The notes under the pieces: model-generated | Told to the model about the DNA's origin: nothing | Seen by the model: the letters and a program-made list of their open reading frames with translations, nothing else | The model's database searches: none | Made by a program: the position numbers and the translations under genes | Shown here: piece after piece, positions 27,853-38,541 of the stretch | Layout of the letters: every line of letters begins with the position of its first letter | How positions within the stretch are numbered: position 1 is the first letter of the stretch | Assembly (NCBI GenBank): GCA_030018355.1 | Contig: JASEFN010000003.1 | Span: 83,939-147,938 of the forward strand | Source: Caldisericia bacterium | GTDB lineage: Bacteria; Caldisericota; Caldisericia; B22-G15 | DNA: 64,000 nt | Direction of reading: 5' to 3'

Positions 27853-29190
27853 ATGAAAAAGTGTTTTGTTCTTGCCGCAGGGATTGGTAAAAGAATGCTT
27901 TCTGAAAAAAATAAAGTTTTTCATAAAATTTTTGGGTATTCAATAATTTATCACATAATTAAAAATTTAAGTTTACTTCACGATTTAGAAATTTATGTTA
28001 TTACAAATAAAGAAGTTGATTTATATAAAAATGAATTGAAAGATTTTAAATTAAATTATGTCATTCAAGATATTCCTCTTGGAACTGGAGATGCCTTAAA
28101 AAGAGGTTTAGAGTTTATCAATAACGAAGATTTTATTCTTGTTCTTCCTGGAGATACACCATTAATTAAAATGGAAACAATTATTAAAATGTTTGAAAAA
28201 TTTAATTCAGAAAACCTTGATATTTTACTCTTAACGACAATTTCTCAAGATCCAACTCAATATGGTAGAGTGATAAGAGAAGATGGAAAAATTGCAATGA
28301 TAAAAGAAGAAAAAGACCTTCTTTCTCATGAAAAAGATATAAAAGAGATAAATAGTGGAGTCTATATTTTCAAGGGAGAAGTTCTAAAGAAATTTTTACC
28401 TCTATTAAAAAATGAAAATGCTCAAAAAGAATTTTATTTAACAGATATTATAAATTTTGCATATAAAGATGAAAAAAAAATCGATTCCCTTTCATGTCAA
28501 TTTGAAGAGATTATAGGAATAAACACAAGAAAAGACTTAATGAATGCTTTTAAAATAATGAAAGATAGAAAAATAGAAGAACTAATAGAAAATGGAGTAA
28601 CAATTTTTGATCCTTTAACAACATATATTTCTCCTTATGTAACTGCAGAAAAAGATACAGAATTTTATCCAGGAGTCTATATTGAAGGTGAAGTTCACTT
28701 TGGAAAAGGTTGTAAAATAGGCCCTTTTGTAAAAATTTCTGCAATTGATGAAGTTGTAATAGTTGAAGATAATGTTGTTATTGGTCCGTTTGCAAGCATA
28801 AGAGAGGGAACTAAACTTATGAAAAATTCAAAGGCTAAAACTTTTGTTGAAATTAAGAAATCAACAATTGGTGAAAATAGTGCTGTGCCACACCTTTCAT
28901 ATATTGGTGATGCAACAATTGGGAAAAATGTAAACATTGGTGCCGGAACAATAACATGTAATTATGATGGGAAGAAGAAACATCCAACAATAATAGAAGA
29001 CGACGTTTTTATTGGGTCAGATTCAATATTGGTAGCGAAAGAGGGAGGACTCTTTATAAGAAAAGGAAGTTATACTGGAGCAGGTTCTGTTATTACAGAA
29101 GATGTTCCACCAAACTCTCTTGCATTAGGTAGGGCAAGACAAGTTAATAAAGAAAACTATTTTAAGAGAGAAAAGAGTGAAAGTTCATGA
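27853..29190 (+). CDS. glmU: Bifunctional UDP-GlcNAc pyrophosphorylase / GlcN-1-P acetyltransferase.
   Basis: N-terminal LAAGIGKRM nucleotidyltransferase motif and a C-terminal left-handed hexapeptide repeat region. Immediately upstream of prs. Confidence 0.8.
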   Translation: MKKCFVLAAGIGKRMLSEKNKVFHKIFGYSIIYHIIKNLSLLHDLEIYVITNKEVDLYKNELKDFKLNYVIQDIPLGTGDALKRGLEFINNEDFILVLPGDTPLIKMETIIKMFEKFNSENLDILLLTTISQDPTQYGRVIREDGKIAMIKEEKDLLSHEKDIKEINSGVYIFKGEVLKKFLPLLKNENAQKEFYLTDIINFAYKDEKKIDSLSCQFEEIIGINTRKDLMNAFKIMKDRKIEELIENGVTIFDPLTTYISPYVTAEKDTEFYPGVYIEGEVHFGKGCKIGPFVKISAIDEVVIVEDNVVIGPFASIREGTKLMKNSKAKTFVEIKKSTIGENSAVPHLSYIGDATIGKNVNIGAGTITCNYDGKKKHPTIIEDDVFIGSDSILVAKEGGLFIRKGSYTGAGSVITEDVPPNSLALGRARQVNKENYFKREKSESS

Positions 29191-29199
29191 AAAAATGGA

Positions 29200-30144
29200 G
29201 TGAAAATAATGGATACTGAATTTAAGATTTTTTCTGGAAATGCAAACATTGAACTTGCTAAAAAAGTTTGTGATTATTTAGGAGTAAAACTTGGTGATAT
29301 TGAAGTAGGAAGATTTGAAGATGGTGAAATTAAAGTTATTATAAACGAAAATGTAAGAGGGAAAAATGTGTATGTAATTCAACCTACACCTCCACCTGCT
29401 GAAAATTATCTTGAACTCTTCATTATTCTTGATGCACTTAAAAGAGCATCTTGTGAAAGTATATGTGCAATAACACCTTATTTTGGTTATGGGAGACAAG
29501 ATAGAAAAACAAGGGGAAGGGAACCAATAAGTGCAAAACTAATGGCAAATTTAATTGTCTCTTCTGGTGCAACAAGATTTGTTGCTATTGATTTACATGC
29601 TGGCCAAATTCAAGGTTTTTTTGATATTCCATCTGATAATCTTTCTGCAATTCCTATTTTTGCAGAATATTTTAAAAATAAAAATTTAGAAGATGTTGTT
29701 GTGGTATCTCCAGATGTAGGTGGTGTTGCAAGAGCAAATCAACTTGCGTCACGTCTTCATGCTCCAATTGTAATTTTTGCAAAAAGAAGAGAAAAACCAG
29801 ATGAAATAGCAAGAATGGATCTCGTTGGTGATGTTAAAGATAAAACAGCAATAATAATAGATGATGGAATATATACTGGTGGAACACTTATTACTGCAAC
29901 AAAAATATTGCTTGAGAAGGGTGCAAAAAAAGTTTATGCTGCAGCAACCCACGGTGTTTTTTGTAATAACACACTTGAAAAATTAAATGAATCACCTCTT
30001 GAAGAAATAATAGTTACTGATACATTAAAGATAAAAAATGGTGAAAAGTATAAGAAACTTAAAATTATTTCTGTTGCTCCTCTTATTGGAGAAGCAATTA
30101 GAAGAATTCAAACACATTCATCAATAAGTGAGTTATTTAAATGA
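29200..30144 (+). CDS. prs: Ribose-phosphate pyrophosphokinase.
   Basis: FSGNANIELAKKV, GYGRQDRK and VVSPDVGGVARA motifs. Confidence 0.9.
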   Translation: MKIMDTEFKIFSGNANIELAKKVCDYLGVKLGDIEVGRFEDGEIKVIINENVRGKNVYVIQPTPPPAENYLELFIILDALKRASCESICAITPYFGYGRQDRKTRGREPISAKLMANLIVSSGATRFVAIDLHAGQIQGFFDIPSDNLSAIPIFAEYFKNKNLEDVVVVSPDVGGVARANQLASRLHAPIVIFAKRREKPDEIARMDLVGDVKDKTAIIIDDGIYTGGTLITATKILLEKGAKKVYAAATHGVFCNNTLEKLNESPLEEIIVTDTLKIKNGEKYKKLKIISVAPLIGEAIRRIQTHSSISELFK

Positions 30145-30509
30145 ATGGGATAATTTATGTTGTATTAACTTTAACAATAATTAATTCAATTTTAATACTT
30201 TTAATTTTTATTTTTCTTGTAATATACCTAAAAGAAGTTTCAAATAAAATTTCGAGTTTAGTAGAAGAGATAAAAAATTTAATGAAAGAGATAAAGCCCT
30301 CATTAAATAAAAGTTTAAAAAATATAGAACAGACAACTAGAACAATAAAAAACATTACAAATTTAATATCAACAATTTCTCCCTTTTTAATTTTCTCTTC
30401 ATCTGGTAATATTAGTAAAATAGGTAAATATATTTCACTTTTTTATGGAATAAAAAGAGGATTTGAGATAATTAAATTATTTAGAAAAAAAGGAGGTTCA
30501 AATGAGTGA
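30141..30509 (+). CDS. DUF948-like small membrane protein.
   Basis: Single N-terminal TM followed by a coiled coil. Confidence 0.4.
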   Translation: MNGIIYVVLTLTIINSILILLIFIFLVIYLKEVSNKISSLVEEIKNLMKEIKPSLNKSLKNIEQTTRTIKNITNLISTISPFLIFSSSGNISKIGKYISLFYGIKRGFEIIKLFRKKGGSNE

Positions 30510-30711
30510 AAGAAAAGATAACTTTTTTGGAGGATTTCTATTGGGAATGGTAGTTGGAGCAATACTTGGAATACTTTTTGCCCCAGAAAAAGGCTCTGTG
30601 ACAAGAAAAATTCTTTATGAAAAAGGAAAAGAGATAGTTGATAAAGGAAAAGAAATTTTTGGTGGCAAACTCCTTCAAATTGAAGAAGAGGAAGAAGAAA
30701 AAGAAAGTTGA
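30502..30711 (+). CDS. YtxH-like small membrane-associated protein.
   Basis: FFGGFLLGMVVGAILGILFAPEKG, the YtxH signature. Confidence 0.5.
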   Translation: MSERKDNFFGGFLLGMVVGAILGILFAPEKGSVTRKILYEKGKEIVDKGKEIFGGKLLQIEEEEEEKES

Positions 30712-31784
30712 ACGAAGAAAAAAATTTAGTTAAAAAAGTTCTTACAATACTTTTTACTATACTTTTATTTTCCCTTTTCATATTTATTTTATATAAACTA
30801 AAAAATAATTTTCCCTTAATTTTACTCACAATTATATTTTCATATTTATTTTCTATTATTACAACTTTTTTACAATCAAAAAAAATTAATCTTACTTTAT
30901 CAAAAATTCTCTCTATCTTAATTGTTTTATCAATTATATTATTAATTTTGTTTGTTATTATTCCTCCAGTTATATCTCAAATATCAAAAATATTGGGAAA
31001 TTTTGAAGATATTTCAAAATCTTTTTCAAATTATATATATGAATTTATTGAAAGGATGAAATCAATTGTTGAAAACATAAAGATTTTAAATGTTGACTTT
31101 GATAAACTTTTTTCAACTTTTCAAGAAAATCTTTCAAATATAATCATAAATGTAATTCAAAAATTTTTTATTTTTATGGAAAACACATTTAGAGTTTTAT
31201 TTAATGTTGCATTTGCTTTTCTTATCTCCATATTTTTTATTTTTGAAAGAGAAAAGGTTTTAGATGGGTTTAAAAATGAGATACCTATAAAATATAGAGA
31301 AAAGGTTATTGATTTTTTTAATGAATTAAATTTTTATTTAAAAAGATACATATTTGGACAAACATTAATGTCTTTTATTATAGGTTCAACTCTTGCTATC
31401 TTTTGTTATATTATTAAAGTTCCATTTGCTGGAACAATTGGTTTTATTGCTGGTGTTGCAGAGATAATTTACTATGTTGGACCAATATTTACTTTTATAA
31501 TAGGATTAATAATTTCTTTTACAGTTTCACCTTTAACTGCTTTATGGTTTGCAATCTTTTACATTGCTCAACAACAAATTACAGCAAATTTTATATATCC
31601 ATTATTTTGGTCAAAAAAGATCGTTAAAATTTCTCCAATTGCACTTTTTGCAACAATGATACTTCTTTTATCTCTCTTTGGTCCATTTTCACTTTTCTTT
31701 ACTGTTCCTCTTTTAATTATAATAAAAGTAACTTATGGATTTTTCAAAAAAACAAAATTATATAATGATATTAAAAATATTTAA
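30708..31784 (+). CDS. AI-2E family (PerM-like) transporter.
   Basis: Eight-TM profile, 358 aa, typical AI-2E topology. Confidence 0.55.
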   Translation: MNEEKNLVKKVLTILFTILLFSLFIFILYKLKNNFPLILLTIIFSYLFSIITTFLQSKKINLTLSKILSILIVLSIILLILFVIIPPVISQISKILGNFEDISKSFSNYIYEFIERMKSIVENIKILNVDFDKLFSTFQENLSNIIINVIQKFFIFMENTFRVLFNVAFAFLISIFFIFEREKVLDGFKNEIPIKYREKVIDFFNELNFYLKRYIFGQTLMSFIIGSTLAIFCYIIKVPFAGTIGFIAGVAEIIYYVGPIFTFIIGLIISFTVSPLTALWFAIFYIAQQQITANFIYPLFWSKKIVKISPIALFATMILLLSLFGPFSLFFTVPLLIIIKVTYGFFKKTKLYNDIKNI

Positions 31785-31815
31785 AATTTTGTTAAAATTT
31801 ATTTAAGAGTTTAAA

Positions 31816-33306
31816 ATGACAATAAAAAATAAACTTTTAATTTTAACTTCAATTATAATTTTTATATCAATTTTAAGCATAATAATATTTATCTATTTTG
31901 TTACTAAAATTCATATAAACAACAATATTGAATTTAGAGTACAAGTTTATAAACAAAGTCTTTTATCACTATTAGAAGGAGAAAAAAGTAAATTAAATCT
32001 CATTCTTAATGATTACGCAAATTGGACTGAGTTAGGGGAATATGCAGTAGTGAAAAAAGATAAAGAATGGATAGAAGAAAATCTTTTTCCATGGGTCAAA
32101 GAAAATTTTGGTTTTGATTTAATTCTTTTAATAAAAGATGATGGTGAAATTATAGTAAACTCTTTTATTGATGATTTAGATACTTCAAATTTTATTTTGA
32201 AAGATGGGAAAACAAAATTTGGATATTATGTAACAAATAGAGGTCTAATCTTATATTCAACTTCAGGAGTTTATGATAATGATGGAATTAATTTTTATAA
32301 CGCATATTTAACATTTGGATATCTCATAAATGAAAAAACTTTAAAAAATTATAAAGATATTTTAGACATGGATATTCAATTGATAACTGAAAATTACATA
32401 ATTTCTACTGATCCAACACTTAAAAAATTTACATTAGAAGAAGAGAAAAAAACTTATCAATATATAGATAATTATATTTGTACATTTTTACCAATTTATA
32501 ATGAAAATGGAGAAAAAATCGCAGAATTCTATATTCATAAATTTGACGACTTTCCACGCAAATTAATGGATTCAATGTACTCAGGAATTTTAATTGCAAT
32601 GATAATAACATTTATTTCTGCTTTTGTAATAAATATTTTAGTTGTTTTAAATATCTTAAAACCTCTAATAAAATTTGAGGGTATTACTAAAAAAATTGCA
32701 GAAGGAAGGTATGATGTAAAACTAAATTTTAATAGAGAAGATGAAATAGGTTACTTAGCAAAAAGTTTTAAAAAGATGATTGAGAAAATTTTAAATCGAG
32801 AGAATGAATTGAAAAAAGAGAGGGAAAAATTAATTGAGAGTTCTTATAGAGACCCACTTACAGAAGTTTATAATAGGAAATATCTTATTGAATATGTTGA
32901 GAAATTGATAAATGATAAAAGAAAATTTTCAATTGTATTTCTTGATCTTGATAACTTTAAGTTAATAGATGATGTTCTTGGACACAAAACAGGAGATGAG
33001 ATATTAAAGAAAATAGCAATCTGGTTTCAAAATAATTTAAGAAAAGATGATATTGTTGCAAGATATGGGGGAGATGAATTTTGTTTAATACTTCATGATG
33101 TGGATAAAAAGAGAAGTGAAGAGATAGTTGAAAGATTATATAAACTTTTTACCCTTGAATCATTTTATCCTGAAGATATTCCAATTGGATTTAGTTTTGG
33201 AATTGCAACTTATCCAGACGATGCAGATAATCTTGACAAACTTTTAACTCTTGCAGATACAAAGATGTATAAAATGAAAGAATTAAGATTTAAACAGGAA
33301 GGGTAA
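31816..33306 (+). CDS. Sensor diguanylate cyclase (GGDEF).
   Basis: Two TM segments flanking a periplasmic region, a HAMP-like linker, RYGGDEF active site, and the RxxD I-site region. Confidence 0.85.
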   Translation: MTIKNKLLILTSIIIFISILSIIIFIYFVTKIHINNNIEFRVQVYKQSLLSLLEGEKSKLNLILNDYANWTELGEYAVVKKDKEWIEENLFPWVKENFGFDLILLIKDDGEIIVNSFIDDLDTSNFILKDGKTKFGYYVTNRGLILYSTSGVYDNDGINFYNAYLTFGYLINEKTLKNYKDILDMDIQLITENYIISTDPTLKKFTLEEEKKTYQYIDNYICTFLPIYNENGEKIAEFYIHKFDDFPRKLMDSMYSGILIAMIITFISAFVINILVVLNILKPLIKFEGITKKIAEGRYDVKLNFNREDEIGYLAKSFKKMIEKILNRENELKKEREKLIESSYRDPLTEVYNRKYLIEYVEKLINDKRKFSIVFLDLDNFKLIDDVLGHKTGDEILKKIAIWFQNNLRKDDIVARYGGDEFCLILHDVDKKRSEEIVERLYKLFTLESFYPEDIPIGFSFGIATYPDDADNLDKLLTLADTKMYKMKELRFKQEG

Positions 33307-33388
33307 AGTTTTCAAAATTTATATTGTTGCAAAATAAGTTCAAATAAGATACTATATATGATAGTCTTTTAGTTAATCACATTAGGAG

Positions 33389-34711
33389 GTGCTGATGAGG
33401 AAAAGAGTAATAATAATGGGAGCAGCAGGCAGAGATTTCCACAATTTTAATACATTCTTTAAAGATAATGAAGAGTATGAAGTTATTGCTTTTACAGCAA
33501 CACAAATTCCAAATATTGAAAATAGAAAATATCCTTCCTCTCTTGCAGGAAAACTATATCCGAATGGAATTCCAATTTATCCAGAAGAGGAACTACCAGA
33601 ATTAATTAAAAAATTTAATGTCGATTATGTTGTTTTTTCCTACTCAGATGTATCTCATGAATATGTTATGCACAGAGCATCAATTGCTTTAGCAAGTGGT
33701 GCAAATTTTTTGCTATTAGGACCAAAACATACTCAAATTGAGAGTAAAAAGAAAGTTATTTCAATTTGTGCAGTGAGAACTGGAAGTGGAAAAAGTCAAA
33801 CAACAAGAAGAGTTGTTAGTATAGTAAAAGAAATGGGTTTAAAACCTGTTGTTATAAGACATCCTATGCCATATGGGAACCTTGAAAGACAAAGAGTACA
33901 GAGATTTGAAACTATTGAAGATTTAGAAAAAGAAAATTGCACAATTGAAGAAAGGGAGGAATATGAACCCCATATAACAAGAGGTGTTGTTGTTTATGCT
34001 GGAGTAGATTATGAGGCTATTTTAAGAAGAGCAGAAGAAGAAGGAGATATAATTATTTGGGATGGTGGAAATAATGATTTTCCATTTTATAAATCTGATT
34101 TAAAAATTGTTGTTGCAGATCCATTAAGATTAGGTCATGAAATAACATATCATCCAGGAGAAGTGAATTTTCTTTCTGCAGATGTTATTGTAATTAATAA
34201 AGTTGATACTTCTCCATTTGAAAATGTTCAGATTTTAAGAAATAGAATTTATGAATTAAATCCTAAGGCTAAAGTAGTTGAAGCAGCATCTCCTATTTTT
34301 ATTGAAAATTATGAGTTAATTAAAGGAAAAAGAGTTCTTGTTGTTGAAGATGGTCCAACACTTACTCATGGTAATATGTCTTATGGTGCAGGGTTTATTG
34401 CTGCTAAAAAATTTGGTGCTAAAGAGATTGTTGATCCAAGACCATATATAAAAGGCTCAATAAAAGAAGCATTCATTAAATACCCACAAATTACTCAAAT
34501 ACTTCCTGCATTAGGTTATGGAGATGAACAACTTAAGGAACTCGAAGAGGTAATAAATTCTATACCAGCAGATCTTGTTGTCGTTGCTACTCCAATTAAT
34601 CTTGCAAGAGTTATAAAAATGAACAAAGAAAGTGTAAGAGTATTATATGAACTACAAGAAATTGGAAAACCAACACTCAAAGAGATTATTGAAGAAAAAT
34701 TTAGGAAATAA
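33389..34711 (+). CDS. P-loop NTPase-domain protein, possibly cyclic 2,3-diphosphoglycerate synthetase-like.
   Basis: Walker A TGSGKSQTT, an NKVD (G4-like) motif, and about 440 aa. Family assignment is from memory and uncertain. Confidence 0.35.
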   Translation: MLMRKRVIIMGAAGRDFHNFNTFFKDNEEYEVIAFTATQIPNIENRKYPSSLAGKLYPNGIPIYPEEELPELIKKFNVDYVVFSYSDVSHEYVMHRASIALASGANFLLLGPKHTQIESKKKVISICAVRTGSGKSQTTRRVVSIVKEMGLKPVVIRHPMPYGNLERQRVQRFETIEDLEKENCTIEEREEYEPHITRGVVVYAGVDYEAILRRAEEEGDIIIWDGGNNDFPFYKSDLKIVVADPLRLGHEITYHPGEVNFLSADVIVINKVDTSPFENVQILRNRIYELNPKAKVVEAASPIFIENYELIKGKRVLVVEDGPTLTHGNMSYGAGFIAAKKFGAKEIVDPRPYIKGSIKEAFIKYPQITQILPALGYGDEQLKELEEVINSIPADLVVVATPINLARVIKMNKESVRVLYELQEIGKPTLKEIIEEKFRK

Positions 34712-35368
34712 ATGATAATTTTTCTATTTTTCTTAATTTTCTTTTTACCAATAATTCTTTTTCTTTTCCTCTTTCCTTTAGGATATTTATTTTATGGTTT
34801 ATTAAATATTTTAACTATCCCTCTTCAAATTATCGAAATAGCAATCAATAAAAACTTAAGGAAAAATCATGCTTTAGAGCATGCAACAATTAATGTTATT
34901 GAAGAAGAGATGAACAAAAGAGGTATTCTTTCAGGTTATGCAAGAGAGAATGGCTTCTATGTTTTTGGAAGAATCGATCCAGAAATTTTGCTTAAAGCGA
35001 GTGAAATTGGAAGAGAAAAACTTATTTTAGGTGAAACTCATTATGCAATACATGAGAGATGTGGAACAAGTATTGGTGTTGCATCATTTTTGACAATTAT
35101 ATTTTTTCTTTTACTTATAATATTAACATCTTCATTTAACATATTCCTTTTACTTATTGCAATTATTTTAGGTCAAATTTTAGGGCCTCCTCTTGGTAAA
35201 TTAACTCAAAAATATTTCACCACTGATCCAGATGTTAGTGATATTAAAATAGTTAGTGTGGAGTATAATCCAACAAATATTTATGGTCCTTTTGGTATAC
35301 TTTATCCAAGTATGCCTTCTTCCTTCTTTATAAGAACAGAAAGAATAAAAACTTTTAGAGTTTTATGA
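34712..35368 (+). CDS. Hypothetical membrane protein.
   Basis: N- and C-terminal TM helices. Overlaps the downstream gene start. Confidence 0.4.
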   Translation: MIIFLFFLIFFLPIILFLFLFPLGYLFYGLLNILTIPLQIIEIAINKNLRKNHALEHATINVIEEEMNKRGILSGYARENGFYVFGRIDPEILLKASEIGREKLILGETHYAIHERCGTSIGVASFLTIIFFLLLIILTSSFNIFLLLIAIILGQILGPPLGKLTQKYFTTDPDVSDIKIVSVEYNPTNIYGPFGILYPSMPSSFFIRTERIKTFRVL

Positions 35369-36225
35369 AAACTTATTTTTCTCTTTTAAGAGTAAAACAT
35401 TGGATAAAAAATCTTTTTGTCTTTGCTCCTATAATTTTTTCTAAAAATTTATTCAATTTAGAGTTATTTAATAAAACTTTAATAACTTTTTTTCTTCTCT
35501 CCCTACTTACCAGTGGGCTATATATTTTAAATGATATTTTTGATCTTGATAGTGACTTGGAACATCCTGAGAAAAGAAATAGACCACTTCCAAGTGGTAA
35601 AGTTAATAAAAATTTTGCCCTAACTCTATCAATAATTTTAATAACATTGCCAATAACTCTCTCTCTTTTTATTGATCATGCTTTAACAATTATATTTTTT
35701 ATTTATTTAATTTTAAATTTCTTATACTCTTTTTTAATTAAGAGATTAGTAATAATTGATGTATTTATAATTGCAATTAACTTTATTTTAAGAATTTTTT
35801 CTGGTTCTGTGGTAACAAAAATTACAGTATCAAATTGGTTAATTTTATGCACACTTTTTTTATCTCTTTTTTTAGGTTTTGCAAAGAGAAGATTTGAAAT
35901 TGTTCTTTTAGGAGAGAATGCACATAAACATAGAGAAGTCCTGTCCTCTTATTCAGTCGAACTTCTTGATAAATTAATTGTTATTTTATCAACTGCAACA
36001 ATTCTTTCTTATTCACTTTATTCTGTTTCAACTGAAACAAAAGAAAAGTTTGGAGAAGGTTTTATTTTTACAATTCCTATAGTTCTTTATGGAATTTTGA
36101 GATATTTTTATTTAATCTATGAAAAAAAAGAGGGAGAGCCAATAAAACTTGTAACAGAAGATTTGCCACTAATTTTAACAATTTTGATCTGGATTATTTT
36201 TTCAATTTTCATTATCTATAAATAA
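35365..36225 (+). CDS. UbiA-family prenyltransferase, decaprenyl-phosphate phosphoribosyltransferase-like.
   Basis: NDIFDLDSDLEHPEKRNRPLPSG fits the UbiA NDxxDxxxD...RPL motif. Multi-TM. Confidence 0.7.
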   Translation: MKTYFSLLRVKHWIKNLFVFAPIIFSKNLFNLELFNKTLITFFLLSLLTSGLYILNDIFDLDSDLEHPEKRNRPLPSGKVNKNFALTLSIILITLPITLSLFIDHALTIIFFIYLILNFLYSFLIKRLVIIDVFIIAINFILRIFSGSVVTKITVSNWLILCTLFLSLFLGFAKRRFEIVLLGENAHKHREVLSSYSVELLDKLIVILSTATILSYSLYSVSTETKEKFGEGFIFTIPIVLYGILRYFYLIYEKKEGEPIKLVTEDLPLILTILIWIIFSIFIIYK

Positions 36226-36276
36226 TCTGATATAATCAATTAAAAAACAAATTTATTTTTAAAAAGAGGTGAAGAA

Positions 36277-36780
36277 TTGATAAGAGATTTTAAAGATTTT
36301 AAACCTCAAATTGGAAAAAATTCTTGGATAAGCGAAACTGCAATAATAATTGGTAATGTTAAAATAGGTGATAATGTGGGTATTTGGTTTGGTGCTGTTT
36401 TAAGAGGAGATGTTGCACCAATTGAAATTGGAAATAATACAAATATACAAGATAATGCTGTTATTCATTCTGAAGTTGGTTATCCTACAAAAATTGGTAA
36501 TGGAGTAACAATAGGTCATAATTCTATTATTCATGGATGTGAAATTGGTGATGATACATTAGTTGGAATGGGTGCAATTATTCTAAATGGTGCAAAAATA
36601 GGAAAAAATTGCATAATTGGTGCTGGTTCTGTTATTACGGAAGGAAAGGTTATAGAAGATAATTCTCTCGTTTTGGGTGTTCCTGGTAAAGTTGTTAGAA
36701 AAGTTACAAATGAAGAGATAAAAAGAATAAAAGAAAATGCTCTATCTTACATTGCTCTTAAAGGAGAGTATGAAAAGTAA
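36277..36780 (+). CDS. Gamma-carbonic-anhydrase-family hexapeptide-repeat protein (TTG start).
   Basis: Left-handed beta-helix repeats and His residues positioned as in gamma-CA/PaaY. Confidence 0.7.
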   Translation: MIRDFKDFKPQIGKNSWISETAIIIGNVKIGDNVGIWFGAVLRGDVAPIEIGNNTNIQDNAVIHSEVGYPTKIGNGVTIGHNSIIHGCEIGDDTLVGMGAIILNGAKIGKNCIIGAGSVITEGKVIEDNSLVLGVPGKVVRKVTNEEIKRIKENALSYIALKGEYEK

Positions 36781-36812
36781 AGGACTCTCAGATGAGAGTC
36801 CTTTTTTATTTT
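36781..36812 (+). terminator. Rho-independent terminator.
   Basis: AGGACTCTCA-GA-TGAGAGTCCT followed by TTTTTTATTTTT. Confidence 0.75.
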
Positions 36813-36822
36813 TGGATATAAT

Positions 36823-38541
36823 ATGGGACTAAAAGAGAAAATTGAAGTTGCAAAAGAAGAAAGAGAAGGGGATTTAATTCTTAAGGGAGGGAAAATTGTA
36901 AATGTTTTTGATAACTCTGTTGAAGAGGGAGATATTATAATTTATGAGGGTGAAATAGTAGGAGTAGGTAAATATTCAAAAGCAAAAGAGATATATAATA
37001 TTCAAGGTTATTATGTATCTTTTGGTTTTTTTGATAGTCATATTCACATTGAAAGCACATCTTTAACACCTCAAGAATTTGCAAAAGCAGTTGTTCCAAA
37101 AGGTACAAGTGTTGTTGTTGCTGATCCACATGAAATTGCAAATGTAGCGGGAATTAGGGGTTTAAAATATATGCTTTCTTCTTCAGAAAATTTGCCAATT
37201 GATATTTATTTTATGCTTCCATCATGTGTTCCATCTTCTCCATTTGAAAATTCAGGTTCAAGATTAACAGTTGAACACCTTTATCCATTTTTATCTCATC
37301 CTAAAGTTTTAGGTCTTGGTGAAATGATGAATTATCCTGGTGTTTTAAATGGAGATAATGAAGTTTTAAGGAAATTAGAATATTTTAAAGATAAAATAAT
37401 TGATGGACATTCACCTTTTCTTCTTGGTAATAATCTTAATGGTTATCTTGCCGCAGGGGTAAGTTCGGATCATGAATGTACAAATTTAGTTGAAGCAAGA
37501 GAAAAATTAAAAAAGGGGATGTGGATAATGATAAGAGAGGGTAGTGTTGCAAAAGATCTGGATGCTCTTTATCCTCTTATAAATCAAAACACTTATCCAA
37601 GAATTTTGTTATGTAGTGATGATAAACACCCAGGAGATTTGTTAAAAGAGGGACATATAAATGGAATTTTGAAAAAATTGGTAAAAAAAGGAATAGATCC
37701 TATAGTTGCTATAAGACTTGCGACACTAAATCCAGCAATTTACTTTGGTTTAAAAAAATTTGGTGCTATTGCGCCTAACTTTTTTGCAAATATTGTTGTT
37801 CTTGATGATCTTATTAATTTTGAACCAAAACTCGTTTTTTATAGAGGAAATCTTGTTGCAAAAGATGGGGTTCCTATGTTTTCATATGAGAGAACAAAAT
37901 CTGAAGGAGGAGTTAAAAACACTGTTAATATTAAAACATTAACATATGAAAAAATTAGTGTAAAAGCCTTAGGTGATAAGATAAATGTAATAGGTGTAAA
38001 TAAAAATTCATTGATAACTGAAAGATTTTTTGTTAAACCAAAAATTGAAAATGGTTTTGTTGTACCAGATATATCTCGAGACATTTTAAAGATAGTTGTT
38101 GTTGAAAGACACAAAGCAACTGGTAATGTTGGGGTTGGTTTTATTAAAGGTTTTAAATTAAAAGAAGGAGCAATTGCATCTACTATTGCTCATGATCATC
38201 ATAATATAATCTCTGTTGGAACTAATGATAAAGATATTCTACTTTCAATATCTATTCTTGAATCTTATGGAGGAGGTATATCAATTGCAAAAAATGGAAA
38301 AATTTTACATATTCTACCTCTTCCATATGGAGGTCTCATGTGTGATAGAAGTGCAAAAGAGGTAGATGAGGAATATCAAAAACTTTTATTTATAACAAGA
38401 AAACTTGGATGTACTCTTGATGACCCATTTATGTCACTTTCTTTTATGGCTCTTCCTGTAATTCCTCATTTAAAGATAACTGATTTAGGTCTTGTTGATA
38501 CAGATAATTTTAAAATTATCTCTTTATTTGAAAAGGGGTGA
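36823..38541 (+). CDS. ade: Adenine deaminase.
   Basis: 572 aa with the GFFDSHIHIESTSLTP metal-binding motif of the amidohydrolase-superfamily adenine deaminase. Confidence 0.85.
   Translation: MGLKEKIEVAKEEREGDLILKGGKIVNVFDNSVEEGDIIIYEGEIVGVGKYSKAKEIYNIQGYYVSFGFFDSHIHIESTSLTPQEFAKAVVPKGTSVVVADPHEIANVAGIRGLKYMLSSSENLPIDIYFMLPSCVPSSPFENSGSRLTVEHLYPFLSHPKVLGLGEMMNYPGVLNGDNEVLRKLEYFKDKIIDGHSPFLLGNNLNGYLAAGVSSDHECTNLVEAREKLKKGMWIMIREGSVAKDLDALYPLINQNTYPRILLCSDDKHPGDLLKEGHINGILKKLVKKGIDPIVAIRLATLNPAIYFGLKKFGAIAPNFFANIVVLDDLINFEPKLVFYRGNLVAKDGVPMFSYERTKSEGGVKNTVNIKTLTYEKISVKALGDKINVIGVNKNSLITERFFVKPKIENGFVVPDISRDILKIVVVERHKATGNVGVGFIKGFKLKEGAIASTIAHDHHNIISVGTNDKDILLSISILESYGGGISIAKNGKILHILPLPYGGLMCDRSAKEVDEEYQKLLFITRKLGCTLDDPFMSLSFMALPVIPHLKITDLGLVDTDNFKIISLFEKG

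Noticed and set aside
36813-36819. TATAAT hexamer immediately 5' of the adenine deaminase ATG as its promoter -10.
   Set aside because: It is only about 4 nt from the start codon, so a transcript would begin inside the ORF. It is more likely part of the AT-rich terminator tail, and the real promoter is unclear.
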